A DNA stretch of 24,000 bases from NCBI RefSeq assembly GCF_036494765.1, contig NZ_AP027487.1; one strand, given 5' to 3'. The notes under the pieces are model-generated. The model worked only from the letters and a program-made list of their open reading frames with translations, made no database searches and was not told the DNA's origin. This DNA comes from Escherichia coli. GTDB taxonomy: Bacteria; Pseudomonadota; Gammaproteobacteria; Enterobacterales; Enterobacteriaceae. The translations under genes and the position numbers were made by a program. Below, piece after piece: positions 1 through 10,819 of this stretch. Position 1 is the first letter of the stretch. Every line of letters begins with the position of its first letter.

Positions 1-528
1 ATTAGCGAGGAGCAACTCCAAAACCTGCAGCACATTAGCCAGGAAATGGGCATTTCTCCCTCACTCTTTTCTACCCAACCGCTGTGGCAAATCGCGATGG
101 TTCTTCAGGCGACGCAGGCACAAAAACTGGGGCTGCGGGCAGAATACGGTATCGATTACCAGCTATTGCAGGCGGCGAAGCAACAACATAAACCCGTGAT
201 TGAACTGGAAGGGGCTGAAAACCAGATTGCCATGTTGCTCCAGCTCCCTGACAAAGGACTGGCGCTGCTGGACGATACGCTGACCCACTGGCATACCAAC
301 GCACGGTTGCTGCAACAAATGATGAGCTGGTGGCTGAATGCACCGCCGCAAAATAATGATATAACGCTGCCCAATACGTTCAGTCAGTCGCTGTACGATG
401 TGCTGATGCATCAGCGAAATCTCGCCTGGCGGGATAAATTACGCGCCATGCCGCCGGGGCGATATGTGGTCGCGGTCGGTGCACTACACCTGTATGGAGA
501 AGGGAATTTGCCGCAAATGTTGCGCTAA
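1..528 (+). CDS. ybaP: YbaP, TraB/GumN-family protein, 3' portion (5' end lies outside the window)
   Basis: Frame 1 is open from base 1 (ISEEQLQNLQHISQEMGISPSLFSTQPLWQ...) to TAA at 526-528; sequence recognised as YbaP and position next to chiX/ybaK fits. The ATG at 46 in the ORF track is internal. Confidence 0.88.
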   Translation: MSEEQLQNLQHISQEMGISPSLFSTQPLWQIAMVLQATQAQKLGLRAEYGIDYQLLQAAKQQHKPVIELEGAENQIAMLLQLPDKGLALLDDTLTHWHTNARLLQQMMSWWLNAPPQNNDITLPNTFSQSLYDVLMHQRNLAWRDKLRAMPPGRYVVAVGALHLYGEGNLPQMLR

Positions 529-610
529 AAAAATGGCCAATATCGCTATTGGCCCGTCAAAGAGGAATTTCATTTTTTTATTATTATGCCGTCACTTTAA
601 GCGACGGTGT
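527..610 (-). ncRNA. chiX: ChiX (MicM/SroB/RybC) Hfq-dependent small RNA, 84 nt
   Basis: Reverse complement reads ACACCGTCGCTTAAAGTGACGGCATAATAATAAAAAAATGAAATTCCTCTTTGACGGGCCAATAGCGATATTGGCCATTTTTTT, recognised as ChiX; 3' hairpin ATGGCCAATATCGCTATTGGCC type followed by 7 Ts; location between ybaP and ybaK matches. Confidence 0.95.
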
Positions 611-616
611 AACTCG

Positions 617-645
617 ATTGTCGCTCAATCTCACCATCCTGCCAA
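617..645 (-). promoter_or_regulatory. Predicted sigma-70 promoter of chiX
   Basis: On the minus strand TTGGCA (640-645), 17-nt spacer, GACAAT (617-622), 6 nt before the +1 at 610. Confidence 0.65.
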
Positions 646-716
646 TACTCTTAGGCAAGATGACTCTTTTTTTTGGACCGCCATCAGGCGTATGCTTGCT
701 TCGTTTTTTTGTTTAA

Positions 717-1211
<495 letters not shown>

Positions 1212-1216
1212 GCATT

Positions 1217-1240
1217 GTGCCGGATGCAAACATCCGGCAC
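1217..1240. terminator. Hairpin between the convergent ybaK and ushA genes
   Basis: GTGCCGGATG-CAAA-CATCCGGCAC: 10-bp perfect stem, short T-run (TTT) on the + side. Confidence 0.6.
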
Positions 1241-1247
1241 TTTCGGA

Positions 1248-2900
1248 TTACTGCCAGCTCACCTCACCTTTCGGTTCATAAACACTCACATCCAGCGGCG
1301 AGCTTTTCTGGATATACGCTTTCAGCACTTCGGCATCAATAAAGCCGGTATTCACATAGCCCGGTTTGTTATCAAGGCGCGGATATCCATCACCGCCGGT
1401 GGCATTGAAGTTTAATGTCGCCATACGGTAAGTTTTCGCCGGATCGACCGGTTCGCCTTTGATTTTAAGGTCGTTCAGTTTGCCGTCTTTCGCTACAAAG
1501 CTAACGTTGGCAAATTGCGGGTAGGCACCTGAATCTGGCTTCATCTGCGCGACGGCGGTCAGGTAATCAATCACCTCTTTACCGGTCATGTCGGCATACA
1601 CCACCACATTGCCGAATGGCTGCACTTTCAGCACGTTTTTATAGCTGATATCGCCTGCTTCGATAGAATCACGAATTCCGCCTCCGCTCATCACCGCAAA
1701 GTCGGCACCAGTGCGATCCATTTGGGCTGCCAGAATCAACCGCCCCATATTGGTCTGTACAAAACGCACTTTGTCACGATCGCCTTCCAGACGACCATTG
1801 GTTTCGCCTATTTTCACTTCCAGCTGCGCTTTGCCTTTGTTCTGGAACGGTGATAACAGCGAGATCATTTGCTGGTTTTCAGCGATTTCAGGAGTGTAAA
1901 GCACGCGCTCGCTTTTCCCGTCTTCCCAGGTCACTTTCTTCTTCAGGTTCACCGGAATCAGCTGGTAGTTAACCATTTTCATTTCGCCATTACGAAACTC
2001 AAAATCAGCCCGTCCCACGTATTTGCCCCACTCATGCGCCTGCACAATCCAGATGCCGTTTTGTTGATCTGGTTTGCATGGCGTACCCGGCACGTAATCG
2101 ACCTGTTTTTTGTTTTCTGCCGCCATGCAGACCGGATCTTGCGAGTGACCACCGACGATCATCGCCAGCGATCCGGCAGGCAGCGCGCGTGCCATCTCCA
2201 CATCGCCCGGTGCGTTAGAGCCGTGCTCACCATTATCGTAATGCCCCATATGGGTCGCCGCGATAATAATGTCTGGCTTTTCTGTCTGTTGCAGCTCCTG
2301 AATCACCAGCTTCGCTTCATCGGCGGGCTTACGAAATTCGATATCAGTGAAGTATTCCGGGTTACCAATTTTTGCTGTGTCATCGGTTGTCAGCCCAATA
2401 ACGGCAATTTTCAGATCCTGACGCTTAAACAGCGCCCACGGTTTAAACAGGCGCTCGCCAGTACTTTTCTGGTAGATATTCGCGGAAAGCAACGGGAACT
2501 TGGCCCACTTTTCCTGCTGGCGTAATACGGTGAGCGGATTATCAAATTCATGATTACCGATCGCCATCGCGTCATAGCCCACCAGATTCATACCGCGAAA
2601 ATCAGGTTCGGCATCCTGTAAGTCAGACTCGGGCACGCCAGTGTTAATGTCGCCACCGGAAAGTAGCAGCACGCTACCGCCTTCAGCCGCAACCTCTTTG
2701 CGGATACCATCCACCAGCGTTTTTTGCGCCGCCAGACCATATTCGCCATATTCATTGCGCCAAAAATGCCCATGATGATCATTGGTATGCAGAACTGTAA
2801 TTTTGTAGGTTTTATCCTGCTCATACGCCAGAGCAGTTTCACTCGCCAGTGTAAATGTGGTTAACAGCGCTAACGCCACGCCCCGCTGCAATAATTTCAT
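1248..2900 (-). CDS. ushA: UshA, periplasmic UDP-sugar hydrolase / 5'-nucleotidase
   Basis: 550-aa ORF with signal peptide (MKLLQRGVALALLTTFTLASETALA), TVLHTNDHHGHFW metallophosphoesterase motif, and C-terminal 5'-nucleotidase domain (NFNATGGDGYP). Confidence 0.97.
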   Translation of the reverse strand: MKLLQRGVALALLTTFTLASETALAYEQDKTYKITVLHTNDHHGHFWRNEYGEYGLAAQKTLVDGIRKEVAAEGGSVLLLSGGDINTGVPESDLQDAEPDFRGMNLVGYDAMAIGNHEFDNPLTVLRQQEKWAKFPLLSANIYQKSTGERLFKPWALFKRQDLKIAVIGLTTDDTAKIGNPEYFTDIEFRKPADEAKLVIQELQQTEKPDIIIAATHMGHYDNGEHGSNAPGDVEMARALPAGSLAMIVGGHSQDPVCMAAENKKQVDYVPGTPCKPDQQNGIWIVQAHEWGKYVGRADFEFRNGEMKMVNYQLIPVNLKKKVTWEDGKSERVLYTPEIAENQQMISLLSPFQNKGKAQLEVKIGETNGRLEGDRDKVRFVQTNMGRLILAAQMDRTGADFAVMSGGGIRDSIEAGDISYKNVLKVQPFGNVVVYADMTGKEVIDYLTAVAQMKPDSGAYPQFANVSFVAKDGKLNDLKIKGEPVDPAKTYRMATLNFNATGGDGYPRLDNKPGYVNTGFIDAEVLKAYIQKSSPLDVSVYEPKGEVSWQ

Positions 2901-3117
2901 ACTTCTCTCCCTGACCTGATTTCAACGTGTTGAAAAATAGTATGACGCGACATCATAGACAAGTCTGCGTCCGGTGAAGATAAATCTGCATCCAGATTAG
3001 AAATTCTGTATTCGGCGTTGAGACTTCCTTCAGACGACGCATACAGGTATGTTAGTCTGGTAATAATCACAAATAAGATCATTCTTTACATCGCAACCCT
3101 GAAAAAGTGACTTTCCT

Positions 3118-4338
3118 ATGGCAATGAGTGAACAACCCCAGCCTGTGGCGGGCGCGGCTGCGTCAACGACCAAGGCCCGAACATCGTTTGGTATTTTAGG
3201 TGCTATCAGCCTCTCACATCTGCTGAACGACATGATCCAATCGCTGATTCTGGCGATTTATCCGCTGCTTCAGTCAGAATTTTCTCTGACATTTATGCAG
3301 ATTGGCATGATAACCCTCACCTTCCAGCTCGCCTCTTCGCTACTGCAACCAGTGGTCGGCTACTGGACCGATAAATATCCGATGCCATGGTCGTTGCCAA
3401 TTGGCATGTGCTTTACCTTAAGCGGTCTGGTGCTGCTTGCGCTGGCGGGCAGTTTTGGCGCAGTTCTGCTGGCGGCGGCGCTGGTCGGTACCGGTTCATC
3501 GGTCTTTCATCCGGAATCTTCTCGCGTGGCCCGTATGGCTTCCGGCGGGCGGCATGGCCTGGCGCAATCTATCTTTCAGGTCGGCGGCAACTTTGGCAGT
3601 TCCCTGGGACCCTTGCTGGCGGCGGTGATTATCGCGCCTTATGGCAAAGGCAACGTTGCCTGGTTTGTGCTTGCGGCACTGCTGGCGATCGTGGTGTTGG
3701 CGCAAATCAGCCGTTGGTACTCGGCACAGCACCGAATGAATAAAGGAAAACCCAAAGCGACGATTATCAATCCACTGCCGCGCAATAAAGTTGTACTGGC
3801 GGTCAGCATTCTGTTAATCCTCATTTTCTCGAAATATTTCTATATGGCGAGCATCAGCAGCTATTACACCTTTTATCTGATGCAAAAATTCGGATTATCT
3901 ATCCAGAATGCTCAGCTTCATCTGTTTGCCTTCCTGTTTGCCGTTGCGGCAGGTACGGTGATCGGCGGGCCTGTAGGGGATAAAATTGGGCGGAAATATG
4001 TGATTTGGGGCTCTATCCTCGGCGTTGCGCCGTTTACGCTGATTTTACCCTACGCCAGCCTGCACTGGACGGGGGTTTTAACGGTGATTATTGGATTTAT
4101 CCTCGCTTCGGCATTCTCTGCCATTCTGGTCTACGCTCAGGAGCTGCTTCCAGGACGTATCGGTATGGTTTCTGGACTCTTTTTCGGTTTTGCTTTTGGC
4201 ATGGGAGGTCTGGGAGCGGCAGTTCTGGGGCTTATCGCCGATCACACCAGCATCGAGTTAGTCTATAAAATCTGTGCTTTCCTGCCACTATTGGGGATGT
4301 TGACCATATTCCTGCCTGATAACCGGCATAAAGACTGA
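3118..4338 (+). CDS. fsr: Fsr, MFS transporter (fosmidomycin resistance)
   Basis: 406-aa ORF with multiple TM segments, recognised as Fsr (MAMSEQPQPVAGAAASTTKARTSFGILGAISLSHLLNDM...). Confidence 0.95.
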   Translation: MAMSEQPQPVAGAAASTTKARTSFGILGAISLSHLLNDMIQSLILAIYPLLQSEFSLTFMQIGMITLTFQLASSLLQPVVGYWTDKYPMPWSLPIGMCFTLSGLVLLALAGSFGAVLLAAALVGTGSSVFHPESSRVARMASGGRHGLAQSIFQVGGNFGSSLGPLLAAVIIAPYGKGNVAWFVLAALLAIVVLAQISRWYSAQHRMNKGKPKATIINPLPRNKVVLAVSILLILIFSKYFYMASISSYYTFYLMQKFGLSIQNAQLHLFAFLFAVAAGTVIGGPVGDKIGRKYVIWGSILGVAPFTLILPYASLHWTGVLTVIIGFILASAFSAILVYAQELLPGRIGMVSGLFFGFAFGMGGLGAAVLGLIADHTSIELVYKICAFLPLLGMLTIFLPDNRHKD

Positions 4339-4345
4339 TTTCATT

Positions 4346-4378
4346 GCAGCCAAAGGCAAACTTTGGCTGCATCGTTTT
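4346..4378 (+). terminator. Rho-independent terminator downstream of fsr
   Basis: GCAGCCAAAG-GCAAA-CTTTGGCTGC (10-bp perfect stem) followed by ATCGTTTT, 7 nt after the fsr stop. Confidence 0.8.
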
Positions 4379-4575
4379 ACAGTCGCCATAAGCCTTTCCT
4401 CTGTTAAACCGCCTTCTGTTTTCCGAACCGTGCTTTTTTTGCAGCTAATTCCATTTTTCTGCAAAATTCAATAATTATTCATGAACATCATCAATGAAAT
4501 TGTCATAAACTATTACCTGTAATTTTGGTTTTCCCGGCCAAAAATGGACAATAACCACCAGGAAAAGGAGACGGA

Positions 4576-6252
4576 ATGCATCACGCCACCCCGCTTATCA
4601 CCACCATTGTTGGCGGCCTTGTGCTCGCCTTTATCCTCGGCATGCTGGCCAATAAACTACGTATTTCTCCTCTGGTGGGATATCTGTTAGCGGGTGTGCT
4701 GGCAGGACCATTCACTCCGGGCTTTGTTGCCGATACCAAGCTTGCCCCGGAACTGGCTGAACTGGGCGTCATTCTGTTGATGTTTGGCGTCGGTTTGCAC
4801 TTTTCGCTGAAGGATTTGATGGCGGTAAAGGCCATCGCCATTCCCGGTGCGATCGCCCAGATAGCCGTGGCGACGCTGCTGGGTATGGCGCTCTCTGCCG
4901 TGCTGGGCTGGTCGTTAATGACCGGTATCGTGTTCGGTTTATGTCTTTCCACCGCCAGTACCGTGGTGTTACTGCGCGCACTTGAAGAACGGCAATTAAT
5001 TGACAGTCAGCGTGGGCAAATCGCCATCGGTTGGTTGATTGTGGAAGACCTGGTAATGGTTCTGACGCTGGTGTTGCTGCCCGCAGTGGCAGGAATGATG
5101 GAACAGGGCGATGTGGGCTTTGCCACTCTTGCAGTCGATATGGGGATCACCATCGGCAAAGTGATCGCATTTATCGCCATTATGATGCTGGTAGGTCGCC
5201 GTCTGGTGCCGTGGATTATGGCACGCAGCGCGGCAACCGGTTCTCGCGAGCTGTTTACCCTGTCGGTGCTGGCGCTGGCGTTAGGGGTTGCCTTTGGTGC
5301 GGTAGAGCTGTTTGATGTCTCCTTTGCACTCGGTGCGTTCTTTGCCGGGATGGTACTGAACGAGTCTGAACTGAGTCACCGTGCCGCCCACGATACGCTG
5401 CCATTGCGCGACGCGTTTGCGGTGCTGTTTTTTGTCTCCGTCGGGATGTTGTTTGATCCGTTAATTCTGATTCAGCAACCGCTGGCAGTGCTGGCGACGC
5501 TGGCGATTATTCTGTTTGGTAAGTCGTTAGCCGCATTTTTCCTGGTGCGACTGTTTGGTCACTCCCAACGTACGGCATTAACCATCGCCGCCAGCCTGGC
5601 GCAGATTGGTGAGTTCGCGTTTATCCTGGCGGGACTGGGAATGGCATTGAATTTACTGCCGCAGGCCGGACAAAACCTGGTACTGGCAGGGGCGATCCTG
5701 TCGATTATGCTCAACCCGGTACTGTTCGCACTACTGGAGAAATATCTGGCGAAGACCGAAACGCTGGAAGAGCAGACGCTGGAAGAGGCAATCGAAGAAG
5801 AGAAGCAGATCCCAGTGGATATTTGCAACCATGCGCTACTGGTGGGTTACGGTCGTGTAGGCAGCCTGCTGGGGGAGAAATTGCTCGCCTCTGATATTCC
5901 GCTGGTGGTGATTGAGACGTCACGAACCCGTGTTGATGAGCTGCGAGAGCGCGGGGTCCGCGCAGTATTGGGCAATGCGGCGAACGAAGAAATTATGCAA
6001 CTGGCGCATCTGGAATGTGCAAAATGGCTGATCCTGACGATTCCCAACGGTTATGAAGCGGGTGAGATTGTGGCATCTGCCCGCGCGAAAAATCCGGATA
6101 TTGAGATTATTGCCCGCGCCCATTATGACGATGAAGTGGCGTATATCACCGAACGTGGTGCGAATCAGGTAGTGATGGGCGAGCGTGAAATCGCCCGTAC
6201 CATGCTGGAACTGCTGGAAACGCCACCGGCGGGTGAGGTGGTGACGGGGTAA
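4576..6252 (+). CDS. ybaL: YbaL, Kef-type monovalent cation:proton antiporter with C-terminal TrkA-N domain
   Basis: 558-aa ORF; N-terminal Na+/H+ exchanger TM region and C-terminal nucleotide-binding motif HALLVGYGRVGSLLGEKL. Confidence 0.95.
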   Translation: MHHATPLITTIVGGLVLAFILGMLANKLRISPLVGYLLAGVLAGPFTPGFVADTKLAPELAELGVILLMFGVGLHFSLKDLMAVKAIAIPGAIAQIAVATLLGMALSAVLGWSLMTGIVFGLCLSTASTVVLLRALEERQLIDSQRGQIAIGWLIVEDLVMVLTLVLLPAVAGMMEQGDVGFATLAVDMGITIGKVIAFIAIMMLVGRRLVPWIMARSAATGSRELFTLSVLALALGVAFGAVELFDVSFALGAFFAGMVLNESELSHRAAHDTLPLRDAFAVLFFVSVGMLFDPLILIQQPLAVLATLAIILFGKSLAAFFLVRLFGHSQRTALTIAASLAQIGEFAFILAGLGMALNLLPQAGQNLVLAGAILSIMLNPVLFALLEKYLAKTETLEEQTLEEAIEEEKQIPVDICNHALLVGYGRVGSLLGEKLLASDIPLVVIETSRTRVDELRERGVRAVLGNAANEEIMQLAHLECAKWLILTIPNGYEAGEIVASARAKNPDIEIIARAHYDDEVAYITERGANQVVMGEREIARTMLELLETPPAGEVVTG

Positions 6253-6286
6253 ACGGTGGTTGCCGGATGTAAAATATGAAAAATAT

Positions 6287-6370
6287 GTAGGCATGATAAG
6301 ACGCGCCAGCGTCGCATCAGGCATCGAGAGCCAAATGCCAGATGCGGCGTGAACGCCTTATCTGGCCTAC
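6287..6370. repeat. BIME: pair of REP (PU) elements between ybaL and gsk
   Basis: GTAGGCATGATAAGACGCGCCAGCGTCGCATCAGGCA (from 6287) and GCCAGATGCGGCGTGAACGCCTTATCTGGCCTAC (6337-6370), characteristic REP sequences. Confidence 0.85.
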
Positions 6371-6384
6371 GAACCGACGATAAC

Positions 6385-7689
6385 TTAACGATCCCAGTAA
6401 GACTCTTCCAGGCTGTCTTCACGCTCCGGCAAGCCGCGCGTTAAACGAGGTGAATGCTGGTTCAGTACCTGATAGCTCACACGGTTAGCATATTTACACA
6501 CCTGCGCTAACGATGAATAAGTTAACCAGGTGAATTTATGTTTGCTGGAGTTTGGTACGTTGCTACGATGGTAGCTGTTGGCGGTAATGTCATGCAGCAA
6601 CGCTGCCAATGCGCCATCCCCCGCTCCATTAGTGTTCATGATTTTTTCCGGCCCGCCCATGTACGGCGCAATGTGCGAATATACACGCAGCGGATTCTGG
6701 CAATCCTTGTGGCGCATGGCGCGGCTAAACTCATACTGGTTGAATTCCGCTATAGCGCCCGGCAGCAGCGGATGCTGGGTTTTACGTTTCGCTTCGTCTT
6801 CGGTAAAGCCCGCCATATACAAGCCGATTGGCCCGGCGGTGCACAGCACCAGATCTACCCAGTCCAGCGCCTTGTCAGATGCCAACAACGGATCGCTTTC
6901 TCCGGTCAACGCTTCGGCTTCATCTTCGTTCATCGCAAGGATAGAGACGTGATCTTTGAGGAATTGCTGCCACCACTGCGGATTCTCGGCAATGACAAAC
7001 TTGGTGCCCAGCGTCAGCACCACCGGTACGTTATATTTCTTCGCGTACTCAATGGCTTTCATGGTTGCTTCCGGCATGGGTTCACCCGGCTTGCAACGCA
7101 CCAGATATGAGGTGAGAACCAGTGCCGAGGCTCCGGCAATCACATCTTCCGGAATGCTTTCAGCCCGCAGCTGGTTCATGTGGCCTGGACTGATAGCAAA
7201 GGTACGTTCCCCGGACTCGCCAATCAGCGTAAAGCAACGACCAATCGGGCCATCCACGCCTTGTAGATAGTTAAGATCGGTACGGCTGGAAGTGTTACAC
7301 AGGTAACGATAGGCATAACTGCCAATTTCAATATTGCTGCACATGACGCCCAGCAGCACCGAACGGTCGTCCGCGAGCACCGAGTAGTTGTGCATGGTGT
7401 TACCAATGGTGCCACCCGCAAACTGATGGGTAATCAGGTTTTTCTGTTTTAGTTCCTGATAAAGCGCTTCGGCTACATCATCCTCAATCACCAGTGAATG
7501 CCCGGCGCTTAATCCATAACGCTCAATAAATTCATCATCCACTTTCGCTTCAATATCGACCAGCGTTTGATCGATACCCACTACCCAGGCAGCGCTGGTT
7601 TCGTTTTCTGGCTGGAATTGCTGAAGCAGCGGATCGCGTGCGTTTACGGGGAAGTAATGTTTGGATTTACGTTTACCGGGAAATTTCAT
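6385..7689 (-). CDS. gsk: Inosine-guanosine kinase
   Basis: 434-aa ORF recognised as Gsk; PfkB-family signature MNTNGAGDGALAALLHD. Confidence 0.96.
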   Translation of the reverse strand: MKFPGKRKSKHYFPVNARDPLLQQFQPENETSAAWVVGIDQTLVDIEAKVDDEFIERYGLSAGHSLVIEDDVAEALYQELKQKNLITHQFAGGTIGNTMHNYSVLADDRSVLLGVMCSNIEIGSYAYRYLCNTSSRTDLNYLQGVDGPIGRCFTLIGESGERTFAISPGHMNQLRAESIPEDVIAGASALVLTSYLVRCKPGEPMPEATMKAIEYAKKYNVPVVLTLGTKFVIAENPQWWQQFLKDHVSILAMNEDEAEALTGESDPLLASDKALDWVDLVLCTAGPIGLYMAGFTEDEAKRKTQHPLLPGAIAEFNQYEFSRAMRHKDCQNPLRVYSHIAPYMGGPEKIMNTNGAGDGALAALLHDITANSYHRSNVPNSSKHKFTWLTYSSLAQVCKYANRVSYQVLNQHSPRLTRGLPEREDSLEESYWDR

Positions 7690-7840
7690 GGTTGTTTTTA
7701 CGGGTGGTTAACTGAGCGGCGAATGTTAACACAATCTGACGGGAGCGCGCGAGACGCAGCCAGTTTCAATATCAGCAGGCGGGATCGCATTTTCATGGCA
7801 GTGGTTCCTTACAATGACGTAATTTGAAAGGAGTTTTTGT

Positions 7841-8800
7841 ATGAAGCCGGAAAACAAACTACCTGTTCTGGACCTTATTTCTGCTGAAATGAAGACCGTT
7901 GTGAATACTCTTCAGCCGGATTTACCGCCCTGGCCCGCAACGGGAACGATTGCTGAGCAACGACAGTATTACACGCTTGAGCGCCGATTCTGGAATGCGG
8001 GCGCTCCAGAAATGGCAACCAGAGCTTACATGGTTCCAACAAAATATGGGCAGGTGGAAACACGTCTCTTTTGTCCGCAGCCAGATAGCCCAGCGACGCT
8101 ATTTTATTTGCATGGAGGCGGTTTTATTCTCGGCAATCTCGATACCCACGATCGCATCATGCGCCTGCTGGCAAGCTACAGCCAATGTACGGTGATTGGT
8201 ATTGATTACACCCTTTCACCTGAAGCGCGTTTTCCGCAAGCGATAGAGGAAATTGTGGCTGCTTGTTGTTATTTCCACCAGCAGGCGGAGGATTATCAAA
8301 TCAATATGTCCCGCATTGGCTTTGCCGGTGATTCCGCAGGTGCCATGCTGGCGCTCGCCAGTGCGTTGTGGTTGCGTGATAAACAGATCGATTGCGGTAA
8401 AGTTGCGGGCGTTTTGCTGTGGTATGGGCTTTACGGATTACGGGATTCCGTGACTCGTCGTCTGTTGGGCGGTGTCTGGGATGGCTTAACGCAACAGGAT
8501 TTGCAGATGTACGAAGAGGCATATTTAAGCAACGACGCGGACCGCGAGTCGCCGTATTACTGTCTGTTTAATAATGATCTCACTCGCGAAGTTCCGCCCT
8601 GTTTTATTGCCGGGGCGGAGTTCGATCCGCTGCTGGATGACAGCCGTCTGCTTTACCAGACGTTAGCGGCGCATCAGCAGCCCTGTGAGTTCAAACTCTA
8701 CCCAGGCACGCTGCACGCCTTTTTGCATTATTCACGGATGATGAAAACCGCCGACGAGGCTCTTCGCGACGGCGCTCAGTTCTTTACCGCTCAGCTTTAG
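7841..8800 (+). CDS. aes: Acetyl esterase, hormone-sensitive-lipase-like family
   Basis: 319-aa ORF with HGGGF oxyanion-hole motif and GDSAG nucleophile motif; AGGAG ribosome binding site upstream. Confidence 0.96.
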
Positions 8801-9759
8801 CGATACGCGGCAACAAGATTAGCCATCATTTCGATATGTTCCGGCGTGGCATTAAGCGCCGGAATATATTCATATTTTTTCCCGCCGGCACCGAGGAAGA
8901 CCTCACGGTTTTGCTCGGCAATCTCTTCCAGCGTCTCCAGACAATCCGCAGCAAAGCCCGGGCACATCACCTGAATATGACCTACGCCTTTTTCTCCGAG
9001 CATTTTCAGCGTTTCGTCGGTATAAGGCATCAGCCAGGGTTCCCGACCAAAGCGCGACTGAAAGGTCATCATCACTTTTTCCGGTGCCATCCCCAATGCG
9101 GAAGCCAGTTCACGAGTCGTTGTGCGGCAACGTTGCGGGTAATCATCGCCTTCATCTGCATAACGCTGGGGAATGCCATGATAAGAGAGCAGTAGCAGAT
9201 CCGGTTCGCCATGTTTGGCAAAAGAAGCGCGTACGCTGTTCGCCAGTGCATTAATGTAATCGTGGTTATCGGCGTAATCACGTATAAACGATATCCCCGG
9301 AATGCTACGTTTGCGCGCCAGAATGCGTGCCAGTTCATCCCATACCGCACCGACCGTAGAACAGGAGAATTGCGGATAAAGCGGCAGCACCACAATATGA
9401 TCTACATGCTCTGCCAGGAGTTCATCTACGGCGCTTTCCAGTGATGGCGAGCCGTAGCTCATTCCCAGCGCTACGGGCATCTCCGGTAAACGTTGTGCCA
9501 GCGCCTGCTGTTGCTGGCGGCTGTAAACCATCAGCGGCGAGCCACCTTCCATCCAGACAGAGGCATACAGCTTCGCCACACGCGGCGAGCGCAGCGGCAA
9601 AATCACGCCGCGCAGCAATGGCCACCATAACAACCGTGAGGTATCAACCACGCGTCTGTCGCTTAAAAATTGTTTCAGATAGCGTTTTACCGCTTCAGGT
9701 GTGGGGGCATCGGGCGTACCCAGGTTTGCCAGCAGGATACCGGTTTTAGTCTGACGCAT
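8797..9759 (-). CDS. hemH: Ferrochelatase
   Basis: 320-aa [31 protein letters not shown]...; [16 protein letters not shown] and [16 protein letters not shown] ferrochelatase signatures. Confidence 0.97.
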
Positions 9760-9875
9760 TACCGCCTCTTATCGATTCAACTTGTTGATAATTGTAGCGG
9801 AAAAGTGAGGAAGAAGAACTAATTGCTGTGAGAGGTCAAATCAGAAAAAGGAATAGCGCAGATTGAGGTTTTTGT

Positions 9876-9900
9876 AAAAGGCCGAATGAATATCCGGCCT
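9876..9900 (-). terminator. Terminator-like hairpin downstream of adk
   Basis: Minus strand AGGCCGGATATTCATTCGGCCTTTTAC: 6-bp core stem (9895-9900 with 9879-9884) with extension around one mismatch, then a TTTT run. Confidence 0.5.
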
Positions 9901-9932
9901 GAGATTGCTGATAAGTTTGCTTGTGCGGGCCT

Positions 9933-9978
9933 GTTCCCCTCACCCTAACCCTCTCCCCGAGGGGGCGAGGGGACTGTC
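9933..9978. repeat. boxC-like GC-rich interspersed palindromic repeat between hemH and adk
   Basis: GTTCCCCTCACCCTAACCCTCTCCCCGAGGGGGCGAGGGGACTGTC, a dispersed intergenic repeat type of enterobacteria; class name given from memory. Confidence 0.6.
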
Positions 9979-9994
9979 CGTGCGCGCTTTCGAA

Positions 9995-10711
<717 letters not shown>

Positions 10712-10770
10712 TCAAGAAAGGCACCTGGGGCTGAAACGGTTAATGGCGAGATAATTTGCGGAAAGTGCAG

Positions 10771-10816
10771 ATGATGAAAAGAAAAATGCCGGATGACACG
10801 AAGGTCATCCGGCATT
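10771..10816 (-). terminator. Rho-independent terminator of htpG
   Basis: 13-bp perfect stem AATGCCGGATGAC-loop-GTCATCCGGCATT (10785-10816); on the minus strand followed by TTTTCTTTTC; starts 4 nt after the htpG stop. Confidence 0.85.
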
Positions 10817-10819
10817 ACA

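Noticed and set aside
1869-2525. 218-aa + strand ORF antisense to ushA
   Set aside because: Antisense shadow ORF; ushA on the minus strand fully explains the region.
2897-3082. 61-aa minus-strand ORF with repetitive LDADLSSPDADLS peptide
   Set aside because: The peptide repetition is produced by the tandem DNA repeat in the ushA-fsr promoter region; not supported as a gene, although the DNA repeat itself is reported.
6538-7110. 190-aa + strand ORF antisense to gsk
   Set aside because: Antisense shadow ORF inside a well-supported kinase gene.
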